NCBI GenBank assembly: GCA_020845895.1
Contig: JADLEX010000078.1
Coordinates: 801 to 64,800, forward strand
Source: Deltaproteobacteria bacterium
GTDB taxonomy: Bacteria; Lernaellota; Lernaellaia; JACKCT01
Direction of reading: 5' to 3'
DNA: 64,000 bases
Under the pieces are notes generated by a model. The model ran no database searches. It had not been told where the DNA came from and saw only the letters and a program-made list of their open reading frames with translations. Of the stretch, positions 1-8,248 are shown one piece after another (the first letter of the stretch is position 1; each line of letters starts with the position of its first letter). The position numbers were made by a program, and so were the translations under genes.

Positions 1-24
1 TGGCTTTGGACCGGTTGGGACGCC

Positions 25-303
25 TTGAGCTTAGCATTGCCCGGATTGCCTGCGCTCGGACTAATAGGCAAACCTGGACGATTTGATGACGTTATGGATG
101 CTCTAGATAAATGGCTGGGCCCTGGGGCACGAACGCGCTTTAACAAAGCAAACGACTGGTTCAGGCAGTCGGAGGACGAATTAAAGCAGGTTCGGTTTGA
201 CAAGAATAATCCATCGCCCCATGATAAACCTCATTTACATGTTACAGAGTGGTCCCCAGATGGCGAGGAGATTCTAAACAGACGTTACTTCATCGATGAG
301 TGA
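25..303 (+). CDS. C-terminal end of a larger protein running off the left window edge; putative polymorphic-toxin C-terminal (CT) domain with a His-rich motif (HDKPHLHV), function unknown
   Basis: Frame is open to position 1, so the gene begins upstream of the window. GC drops to ~45-48% here against ~67% for the rest. The stop overlaps the start of the next ORF (ATGA-type overlap at 296-303), a typical toxin-CT/immunity layout. The H-x3-H-x-H motif could belong to a metal-dependent nuclease or peptidase fold. Confidence 0.35.
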   Translation: MSLALPGLPALGLIGKPGRFDDVMDALDKWLGPGARTRFNKANDWFRQSEDELKQVRFDKNNPSPHDKPHLHVTEWSPDGEEILNRRYFIDE

Positions 304-925
304 GGAGGACACAGTGACGACTGTACGAGGAGAGAGATACTTGGTGATCGATGAACTCGGAAGTTCATATCGTTATATTCATGACAAAGAAAATGACGTT
401 CATCGAATTGTATTAGAAGGTCAGCAAATTGAAATGGGTTTATGTCTGAGCAAGATCGGAAGCATAGAAATACCATTATGTGAAGGCCCGGCGACCTCTG
501 AGGAGAATTTCTATTATTTGAAAAACCTTGGACGAAAGTCTTTGAGATTTCTTGATATGATCGAACATCTACGTGTTGCAAACGGGAATCGCAAAGTGAT
601 TATTGATTGCATCTTGGTTAATAAGTACGCTAAACTATTTCTAAGAGAGTTGCAATTACTGAGCTTTGACGACTATGAACTTGCGATGTGGGGTTCGCGA
701 GCAAAAAGCTTAGAAAAAAAGGGAATTATCAACCAGCTCTCCGGGGATGATCATATGTTAAACATGGCGAGCGTTGCCGATGAGGTTCTCATCGACGCGT
801 ATGATAAGAAAGAAGTCGCTATAAAAATAAAACTTAATACAAGTTGTGGCAATGAAAGAGTTCGCGATGTTGACCGGTTTGTTCAAATATTACTTCAGGG
901 AATTTCTCGTTCGGACAATCCGTGA
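296..925 (+). CDS. Putative cognate immunity protein (209 aa, cytoplasmic, no TM) encoded in a very AT-rich segment
   Basis: GC is about 38-40%, far below the genome background. It is translationally coupled to the preceding CT fragment. It has no signal peptide or TM segment and no similarity to a family I recognise. Confidence 0.35.
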   Translation: MSEEDTVTTVRGERYLVIDELGSSYRYIHDKENDVHRIVLEGQQIEMGLCLSKIGSIEIPLCEGPATSEENFYYLKNLGRKSLRFLDMIEHLRVANGNRKVIIDCILVNKYAKLFLRELQLLSFDDYELAMWGSRAKSLEKKGIINQLSGDDHMLNMASVADEVLIDAYDKKEVAIKIKLNTSCGNERVRDVDRFVQILLQGISRSDNP

Positions 926-1008
926 CTTAGATGAATAGATTATAGCTTGGAAATTCTTAAGCGGTTAGCAAGAGGCCACCTGCGGCCACGTAATTCGAGG
1001 AGAAATCG

Positions 1009-1509
1009 ATGCGCGACGGACTGAAATCGATAGATCTGGGTGTTCTGGCGGCGTTGATCGTTCTTGCGCTGCTCGCGGCCTCCTGCGGCGGCGGGGGCGG
1101 GGACGACCCTTCGACACGCTCAGGGCCTAGCGGCGACGTGGATGACGACGACGGAGATGACGACGGCGGTTCCGGCGACGACGACGGGTCGGGCGACGAT
1201 GACGGCGGCGGGGACGACGACGGCGATGATGATGACGACGATGACGGCGCCGACGACGACACGGAGATTGCGTGGGTGCCGATTCCCGCGGGCGAGTTCG
1301 TCATGGGCTGCTCGCCGGGCGACACGGACTGCGAGGACCACGAGAAGCCGCCGCGCACGGTCATTCTCACGCAGTCGTTCCAGATGGCGGCGACCGAGAC
1401 GACGCAGGCCCAGTACGCCGCGGTGATGGGCTCGAACCCGAGCCACTTTGCCTCGTGCGGCGGCGACTGCCCGGTGGAGATGGTGTCGTGGGTCGATGCG
1501 AAGACATAG
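1009..1509 (+). pseudogene. Truncated FGE-sulfatase (SUMF1/DUF323) domain lipoprotein; only the N-terminal ~80 aa of the ~250-aa domain is present before the stop
   Basis: RBS GAGGAG lies upstream. A signal peptide with lipobox LLAASC is followed by a poly-Asp/Gly tether (DDDDGDDDGGSGDDDG...). Then come the FGE-domain motifs 'WVPIPAGEFVMGC' and 'PVEMVSWVDA'. The ORF ends abruptly at 1509, and the ~260 bp before the next gene carry no continuation in any frame. Confidence 0.5.
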
Positions 1510-1772
1510 GCCGTGAGTCGGAACTTGTCAGAGAGGGAATTCTCGACTCGGTCGGAAGGCTACGCTCGAAACGACGGTTTCAGCTTCGATATTCGCACGT
1601 CTTTCGCTGCCGCGTGACGTTGCCTGAATCCATCCGTGTCCGTATCGACGTCGTGAGCCGATGCCGCGTCCTTCAGCCGCCACTCGTCTTCGATCACGAC
1701 CGCGTCCGCGAGGCCACGAAAACGGCGAATTGCGTTGGAGATCGCGCGCTCCTCGTGTAGGATTCTTCGCCC

Positions 1773-3218
1773 ATGCACGCCGTCGCATCCGATTTCCGCG
1801 TCCTCCTACTGCACGCGCCGTCGTACGAGGTGCTCGGAAACGTCGCGGGCCGCCCGTGGCGCGGGCGCAGCACGGCGCACATTCTCGGTCTCGGCTACCT
1901 TCGCGGCGCGATTTCGGATATCGCCCAGTGCGTGGTCCTCGACGTTTCGACGCGGCCGGATCCCGCGCGCGCCGTGGAAGAGCATCTCAGCGAAAACCGC
2001 TACGACCTGATCGGCCTGTCCGCCATCGTCTTCAGCCTGGGTTGGGCGCAAGTGTTCGCGCAGATCGCCCGGCGGACGCACCCACGCGCCCTCGTGGTGC
2101 TCGGCGGCGCGTCCACGACGTTTCCGATTTCGCTGCTGTGGGAACGCGTGCCCGACGCGCATGGGATCGTCGTCGGGGAAGGCGAACTCGCCCTGCGTGG
2201 GCTCGTCGAGGCGATGCGGGCGGGAAACCCTCTCGACGGACTCCCGGGGATTGTCTGGTCGGGGTCGGGGCACGAACGCCCGGCGACGCCATCGCCGCAG
2301 CCGGAAATGGACGCACTGGAATTTCCGCGGCCGGCGCTCGGGCGGACGGGCATCGATCTGCATCCGCCGTACGGACTCTACGCGCCGATCGCGCCCTACG
2401 AGACCTCGCGCGGGTGCCCCTGGCCGTGCTCGTTTTGCACGATTCGCCGGGGGTATCGCAAACGGTCGGTCGAGCGATGCGCCGGCGAACTGGCGACGCT
2501 GTACGAATCGCGCGATATTCGCGAGATCTACTTCGTCGATCCCACGTTCACGCTCGACGCCGGGCGCACACGCCAATTGTGCGAGGCGATGATCGCGCGC
2601 AAAACGAAACTGCGGTGGAGCTGCAAAACACGCGTGGACTGCGTGGACGACGAAACGCTCGCCCTCATGAAGCGGGCGGGCTGCTACCAGATCGCGCTCG
2701 GCGTGGAATCGGGCGACGAGGAAATCCTGCGCGCGACGGAAAAGGGCTCGACGCCGGGGGAGGTCGTCGAGGCGATTCGGAAGACGAATCGGCACGGCAT
2801 CAAGTCAATTGCCTACATGATCGTCGGCCATCCGCTGGAAAGCGAGGCGACGCTGGCGCGCTCGCAGGCCATGCTGCGCGAGGCGAAACCCACGTATGCG
2901 AGCGTCACGGGCTACGTGCCGATCGGCGTGGACGAGCCGACGTTTGCCGAGTACTGGCGCGGGGTGTTTGACGGCACGCTCTGCGATTGGCCGCGTTATC
3001 GCGTCGTCGCCAGGTGGGTGCGAAATTTCTATCTCACGTTCTATCTGCGCCCGCGCACCGTGTGGACGATCCTGATGTTCCTCGCCGCGCCGCGAGGGAT
3101 GGAGCAGATCGTGCGCGCGGCTTTCGATTTCGCCCGAAAGGCCGTCTTTTCCAGTCGAAAGCCAAAACCGGTCGCCATGTCGTCCGCGGACACGGCACCC
3201 GCCGCGACCGGCGCCTGA
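1773..3218 (+). CDS. Cobalamin (B12)-binding radical SAM protein (class B radical SAM)
   Basis: An N-terminal B12-binding-like domain is followed by the CxxxCxxC cluster 'CPWPCSFC', then a radical SAM core (GGE-like, 'YQIALGVESGDEEIL'). Confidence 0.8.
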   Translation: MHAVASDFRVLLLHAPSYEVLGNVAGRPWRGRSTAHILGLGYLRGAISDIAQCVVLDVSTRPDPARAVEEHLSENRYDLIGLSAIVFSLGWAQVFAQIARRTHPRALVVLGGASTTFPISLLWERVPDAHGIVVGEGELALRGLVEAMRAGNPLDGLPGIVWSGSGHERPATPSPQPEMDALEFPRPALGRTGIDLHPPYGLYAPIAPYETSRGCPWPCSFCTIRRGYRKRSVERCAGELATLYESRDIREIYFVDPTFTLDAGRTRQLCEAMIARKTKLRWSCKTRVDCVDDETLALMKRAGCYQIALGVESGDEEILRATEKGSTPGEVVEAIRKTNRHGIKSIAYMIVGHPLESEATLARSQAMLREAKPTYASVTGYVPIGVDEPTFAEYWRGVFDGTLCDWPRYRVVARWVRNFYLTFYLRPRTVWTILMFLAAPRGMEQIVRAAFDFARKAVFSSRKPKPVAMSSADTAPAATGA

Positions 3219-3232
3219 CGGTAGCAGTCCAT

Positions 3233-4930
3233 TCAAGGAGTGGCTCCAGACGGGCACTTGGCCGGATCCACCGGCGGACCCACAATGGTTTTCACATCGA
3301 CGCCAAACCCCGGCAGAAATTTCCAGAAAGACCACCGCCCTTTTCGCCAGGCATCGGCGGAAAGACACGTCATTCGACCCGCCGGCGCGTCCAGCCAGCG
3401 CACAACGTGCCGCTCCCCCGGAAAATCGGGGCCGGTCACGAACCAGGAGTTTTTCAGGTCCGCGTATGGAATCAAGGATGGTCCAACACTTGTCGCCCAA
3501 ATTTCCGGACCCGCCGTCCACCAGGGCGAAATATCGTTAGTGAACGGAATGTCTTTGCGATGCACGGGCATGAGTTCATTCACCACAGCCCATGACCGAC
3601 CGGATTCCGCGCCGTGCGGCGGACAGGGCGCGGTAGTCATGTTTCCGAATAGCAGCGCGAGATAATCGGGGGACTTCGACCACAGATAGACGGGACGATC
3701 GCCCCACTGCGTCCGATATTGTCTCACCAAGGACACCGCGTAGAGATCGGGCAACAGGTACCCCTCGATGCGGATGTCCTCACTTCGCAACCGGGCCGCG
3801 TCACGCCGGATGTCGAACGCGGCGATATCCTTGGCCGGACGCTGGTGATACCGGACGATTCCAACCGCGCCGAATACAATCCACGCCACGACAATAACCC
3901 AAGTCAAGGAGGTTCCGAGGGGTCGGTGCCGGTATAGGGTTGCCAGTCCGCATGCGAGCAGGAGAAACAAATAGGGTTGAATCGGCACCCAGAATCGAAT
4001 GGAAAATTTCGTCGTTCCAAAGATCCGATAAGCCAGGATCGACGCCACGAAAACGAGCGATGTCACCACGACCACCGGGCCGCGTCCCTGCCGGATCCAG
4101 GCCATCATTCCAAACGCGGTGATTCCCGCGCCAACTACTCCCAAGATCGGAGTGCCGAAAAGAAAGCCCAGAAGAAATGCGATCATCATGACGGGTGAGA
4201 CGCCGGTATACGAGTCGATATTCAACAAGTGTTCACGGCAAGTGACGGCGTAGACGATAAATCCGGCCAAAGAAATTCCGCTGAGCGCCGCGCCAAACAC
4301 AACCTGGCCAAAAAGGCGCAGACGATGGCCCCGAATCTCGGTCTCGACCGAACACACCCGGATGAGGATCCAACAAACATGGATGCCGAGAAAAATCAGA
4401 TAGCCTTGCGTGAAGGCACCGACTGTCGAAACGATCAACCACCCGGCGATCGCAGCACGATTCCCGCGCGCCAACGCCGAATCAAGAAATAAATGAGCCG
4501 CCAACGCGTATGCGGCCACGGTGGAATAGGGGCGAACCTCTTGGGCATACACCACCTGCAGTGGCGACCACGCGACCAGGAGTCCGGCCAACAACGACTC
4601 AGGAACTCCCGCACGGTGACGTCTCGCCATCATGACGGCCAAAGGGACGCAGGCCAGGCTCATGATCGCCGGAAATATGCGCAAAACGGTATCCGAAGCG
4701 CCCCACATCGCAAGCCATCGAACGCCCTCGCTAAAGGACAGATTCGGCAGATAATAAATCATGCGATCCGGCAGGCATTTGAACGAGGCGATCAAGACCT
4801 CCATCGCCTCATCGTTCCATAGTGGTTTACGGCCGATGTTCCAGAACCGCGTAACGGTCGCGATCATGGAAAGCAGCGCGACGGACAGCCACAATCGCCG
4901 CGTCGGGTGAGACAAAAATGATTGCGCCAT
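3233..4930 (-). CDS. GT-C fold membrane glycosyltransferase, ArnT/PMT-like (GT39/GT83 family)
   Basis: A ~565-aa polytopic membrane protein. It has the N-terminal 'LWNDEA' (DE motif in the first periplasmic loop) typical of ArnT/PMT glycosyltransferases. There are more than 10 predicted TM helices. Confidence 0.65.
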   Translation of the reverse strand: MAQSFLSHPTRRLWLSVALLSMIATVTRFWNIGRKPLWNDEAMEVLIASFKCLPDRMIYYLPNLSFSEGVRWLAMWGASDTVLRIFPAIMSLACVPLAVMMARRHRAGVPESLLAGLLVAWSPLQVVYAQEVRPYSTVAAYALAAHLFLDSALARGNRAAIAGWLIVSTVGAFTQGYLIFLGIHVCWILIRVCSVETEIRGHRLRLFGQVVFGAALSGISLAGFIVYAVTCREHLLNIDSYTGVSPVMMIAFLLGFLFGTPILGVVGAGITAFGMMAWIRQGRGPVVVVTSLVFVASILAYRIFGTTKFSIRFWVPIQPYLFLLLACGLATLYRHRPLGTSLTWVIVVAWIVFGAVGIVRYHQRPAKDIAAFDIRRDAARLRSEDIRIEGYLLPDLYAVSLVRQYRTQWGDRPVYLWSKSPDYLALLFGNMTTAPCPPHGAESGRSWAVVNELMPVHRKDIPFTNDISPWWTAGPEIWATSVGPSLIPYADLKNSWFVTGPDFPGERHVVRWLDAPAGRMTCLSADAWRKGRWSFWKFLPGFGVDVKTIVGPPVDPAKCPSGATP

Positions 4931-5021
4931 GATGAGCGTATCTATTTTCGGTGCGTTTGCGCCACTGGGCGAAAGGCATCCCAGGACCGTTGTTGCCGGT
5001 CAAAATGTCGAACGAAAGCCC

Positions 5022-6479
5022 TCAAACCGTTGCCGCCTGAGCGACCGCGTCCGTGTCCATTCGACGACGGAACAGTAATCGACGGTAGTATTCGCCGGCC
5101 GTGATTCTCGCGCTCAAACGCGTGAATGATGCAAAGAGCAGGAATGGTCTCGTGCTGGCTGTGACGAGACGAAGAAGCCTTCGTGGCGAAAAAAATCGGC
5201 GGTAGGCGCGTTTCTGCGTGACCGACAGATCACGCCCGGTCGCCAAGGCATAGAACGAATGTTTGGGGTAGTAATCGTAGTCCAGGTCTTTAATTCGCTC
5301 GCCAAGTTCCGCCGCCGCAAGATCGTAAAGCGGCGTCTTGGGAAATGGAGTGAATGTGAAAAAACTCGCAAGGTTGAGTTTGGACTCCACGGCCAATTGC
5401 ACGGTCTTCTCGATTTCCTCCGCGGTTTCTGTCGGAAAACCGATGATGAAATATCCCTTCGTCAAGATTCCGATACTCGATGCGTAGCGAATGCTCTCCA
5501 TCAACCGTTCCGGTTTGAGCGCTTTTTTCAGAAGTTTCTGCACGCGATCGGAGCCCGATTCCACCGCGAAAGTCAGGTTGTAGCAACCGGCCCGCTTGAG
5601 CGCGTCGATCTGTTCCTTGTCGAGCAGGTCCCCCCGCACGCCGTTGGGGAACGCGATGTGGATTTTGTACGGTCGGGCTGCGATTTTTTCGCAAAACTCC
5701 AAAACGCGCCGCCGGTCGTAATTCCAGATGTCGTCCACGAACTGAATCTCATCTACGCGATGGTCGCGGACGAGAATATCGATCTCTTCCAGAACATGGT
5801 CCGTGGACCTCGCTCGCATTCTTCGACCCATCAGATTGTGACAATAAGTGCAATGGTACGGGCAACCTCTCGACGTCATGACCGGAGCGACGCGACGGCC
5901 GGCCTGAACCATCCCGTTCATGGAATTGACCGCGAGATAGTCTTTGAACCGAATGGATGACCAATCAGGAAATCCCAGGGCGTCCAAGTCCTGTGGGGCT
6001 TCCGAAACGGTTTCCGGTTGATCCAGATCGCCACGGGTGGCTACGCCGGGAATGGCGTCAGCATGTCGTTTCGAAAACAGGTTTCGCAAATACCGCGGGA
6101 ACGAATACTCGGCCTCGCCCAGGATGGCCGCATCGACCGCGGGACTGTCAAACGCGCATGCCCGATCGACCGTGGCCAACGGCCCCCCGGCCACGACGTG
6201 CGTCGCGGAATGAGCCCCTCGGACCACGTCGGCCGAGAGCGCAACGCCTTTTTGCTCGCCGAACAGCGCGCTGAGCCCGACCACATCGGGACGATAATCG
6301 GCGACCAATCTGGACAACGCGTCCAGCGGCTTTTTCTCGTTACGCGAGTCGTGAATACGAACGTCGACGTCTCCGCCAAAGTCCCTTTTGATGGCGGTGG
6401 ATAGCCAGAGTGGGCCGAGCGGCGGCGATGACGTCTTGACGGGAATAGGCTGACTGACGCGCACCATCAACACTCGCAT
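5022..6479 (-). CDS. Cobalamin-binding radical SAM protein
   Basis: Contains 'SRGCPYHCTYCHN' (Cx3Cx2C). The N-terminus 'MRVLMVRV...' is a Rossmann-like B12-binding domain. Start refined to the internal Met at 6479, because the upstream part of the longer ORF is Arg-rich nonsense overlapping the neighbouring gene. It sits ~7 bp downstream of the next radical SAM gene (operon). Confidence 0.8.
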   Translation of the reverse strand: MRVLMVRVSQPIPVKTSSPPLGPLWLSTAIKRDFGGDVDVRIHDSRNEKKPLDALSRLVADYRPDVVGLSALFGEQKGVALSADVVRGAHSATHVVAGGPLATVDRACAFDSPAVDAAILGEAEYSFPRYLRNLFSKRHADAIPGVATRGDLDQPETVSEAPQDLDALGFPDWSSIRFKDYLAVNSMNGMVQAGRRVAPVMTSRGCPYHCTYCHNLMGRRMRARSTDHVLEEIDILVRDHRVDEIQFVDDIWNYDRRRVLEFCEKIAARPYKIHIAFPNGVRGDLLDKEQIDALKRAGCYNLTFAVESGSDRVQKLLKKALKPERLMESIRYASSIGILTKGYFIIGFPTETAEEIEKTVQLAVESKLNLASFFTFTPFPKTPLYDLAAAELGERIKDLDYDYYPKHSFYALATGRDLSVTQKRAYRRFFSPRRLLRLVTASTRPFLLFASFTRLSARITAGEYYRRLLFRRRMDTDAVAQAATV

Positions 6480-8113
6480 GACGGACTCCCCTCGGTGGCA
6501 GGGTGTAAGGACTGCTCTCGAACCGCACCCGCGGATTGTGGGCGCACCCGACCAAAAGACTTTCGGAAACGACGGACGGTATCGCCGAGCGACCGGCCAA
6601 TACGTCCGCCCCCTTTTCCTCGGATTTCCGGCGTCGTCGCGACGGGTGCTCTGGGGAAACGCGGCATGAGCAAATCGGCGACGGCCTTTTCGATCATCAT
6701 GCCGAAATAGAAACGGCGCATACGCGCGCGCGCAATCGGTCGATAAAGCGTGCTCGCGAGCCGCAGCGGCCACGACCGGCTATAGTCGTTGATTTTGCGA
6801 TCAATGAATATCGACGCGAAATGCAGGCGTTCGAATTTTTCTTTTTTGTCGCCGTCATCCCACGAATACCGGTTCCATTCGCCCACGCGCGCCCAGCCTG
6901 CGAGCGAATCCGGCGCGCGAAATCCCGCCGCGACGGCATCCTGATAAACCTCGGTCCCTGGAAACGGCGTGAACAGATACAGAGGGCTGGTGCGAAATCG
7001 GGAATTGAGTTCGAGCAGATCCACCATCAGTTTCGCGGTCTGCCGCGTGTCGTCCTCGGTTTCGGAAGGGAGGCCGGTCATGAAGCTCGCGAAGAGGTTC
7101 AACTGAAAGTTTGCGAGTCGCCGAACCTGCTCGACCACCTGCGGCACGTCGCCCTGCTTCTTGATGTACGTGCGGATGCGTTCCGAGCCGCTCTCGATGC
7201 CGATCGTAACCCTCTTGCAACCGCTTTTTTCCACGAGTCGCAGGTCGTCATCCGTCAGCCGGGCGAGGCTGTAGATGTCCACGCCCTGCACCTCGTAAGT
7301 CAGATCCGTGGTGAGAAACAGTTCCGCCAGACGCAGCGCGCGTTTCTTGTTGATGAAGAAATTGTCGTCGACAAAATAGACCGAACCGAAATCGTGTTTT
7401 CTGCGCAGCGCGAGGATGTGCTCGAAGAGCCGCTCGGGCTCGATCGCGCGCCAGCGCGTGTCGTTCATGACGGTGTTGTAGCAATAGGTGCAGTCGTACG
7501 GGCAACCGCGGCTGCCCTGCGTGTAAAGCGTCGGCACGCCCTGATACGTGGGAAGATACGGACGCAGATCGGCGTCGATGGTGGGCAGCAGCGGGATGCG
7601 TTCGCCGCGCATCAGCGGGCGTTTCGCCGTGACCGAGACACGGCCGTTCTCGGAAAACGCGATTCCGGGGATCTCGCCGAGCGGGCGGCGCTCGATCAGA
7701 TACGAAACGATTTCGCCGAAGGTCTCCTCGCCCTCGCCGATGACCACGGCGTCCACGAGTTCGTGCGCGGCGGTCTGCTGGGCCGTGAGACTCGCGTGCA
7801 CGCCGCCCCAGATCACCGGCGTCGGCCCCGATTCGCGCACGATGCGCGCGGCGTCCATGGCGTTGACGAGCATGTCGGAGGTGTAAGACGTCAGGCCGAC
7901 GGCGACCGTCGGTGCTTCGCGAAGCCAAGCTGCGAGCGTCGATCGCCAACCGGAGTCGAGCCGCGCGTCGAGAAGACGTACGCGCACTCCCTCGGGAACG
8001 CCGGTCGAAACGGCCATCAGGCCGAGCGGAGGGGAGGGCGCCGAGCGGAGAAAATCCATGTAGCCGATCGCCGGCTGGATCAGGATGACCTGCGGATTCG
8101 CGGATGTCGGCAT
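6467..8113 (-). CDS. Cobalamin-binding radical SAM protein
   Basis: Contains 'GSRGCPYDCTYCYNT' (Cx3Cx2C). The N-terminus 'MPTSANPQVILIQPAIGYMDFLRSAPSPPLGLMAV' is a B12-binding domain. Start refined to Met at 8113. It is co-directional with the 5022..6479 and 3233..4930 genes. Confidence 0.8.
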   Translation of the reverse strand: MPTSANPQVILIQPAIGYMDFLRSAPSPPLGLMAVSTGVPEGVRVRLLDARLDSGWRSTLAAWLREAPTVAVGLTSYTSDMLVNAMDAARIVRESGPTPVIWGGVHASLTAQQTAAHELVDAVVIGEGEETFGEIVSYLIERRPLGEIPGIAFSENGRVSVTAKRPLMRGERIPLLPTIDADLRPYLPTYQGVPTLYTQGSRGCPYDCTYCYNTVMNDTRWRAIEPERLFEHILALRRKHDFGSVYFVDDNFFINKKRALRLAELFLTTDLTYEVQGVDIYSLARLTDDDLRLVEKSGCKRVTIGIESGSERIRTYIKKQGDVPQVVEQVRRLANFQLNLFASFMTGLPSETEDDTRQTAKLMVDLLELNSRFRTSPLYLFTPFPGTEVYQDAVAAGFRAPDSLAGWARVGEWNRYSWDDGDKKEKFERLHFASIFIDRKINDYSRSWPLRLASTLYRPIARARMRRFYFGMMIEKAVADLLMPRFPRAPVATTPEIRGKGGGRIGRSLGDTVRRFRKSFGRVRPQSAGAVREQSLHPATEGSPSCEC

Positions 8114-8248
8114 GCATTCTCCGCGGATTCGGCCCCGCAAACGCATCGCGGTCCGCATGGATTCACGGAATGCTCGCAGTCTATCGCCGAATCCGTGGCC
8201 GCGTAAGCTGTATGGATTACAAATCCTTCGTGCGCCCGGTGCCAAACG

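Noticed and set aside
957-1446. Several overlapping ORFs on both strands (957..1370-, 1064..1426+, 1120..1446-)
   Set aside because: All are alternative frames of the (GAC/GGC)n tract encoding the poly-Asp/Gly tether of the 1009..1509 lipoprotein.
6536-8206. 556-aa plus-strand ORF
   Set aside because: Antisense to the B12-radical SAM gene 6467..8113, whose Cx3Cx2C and B12-domain motifs are decisive.
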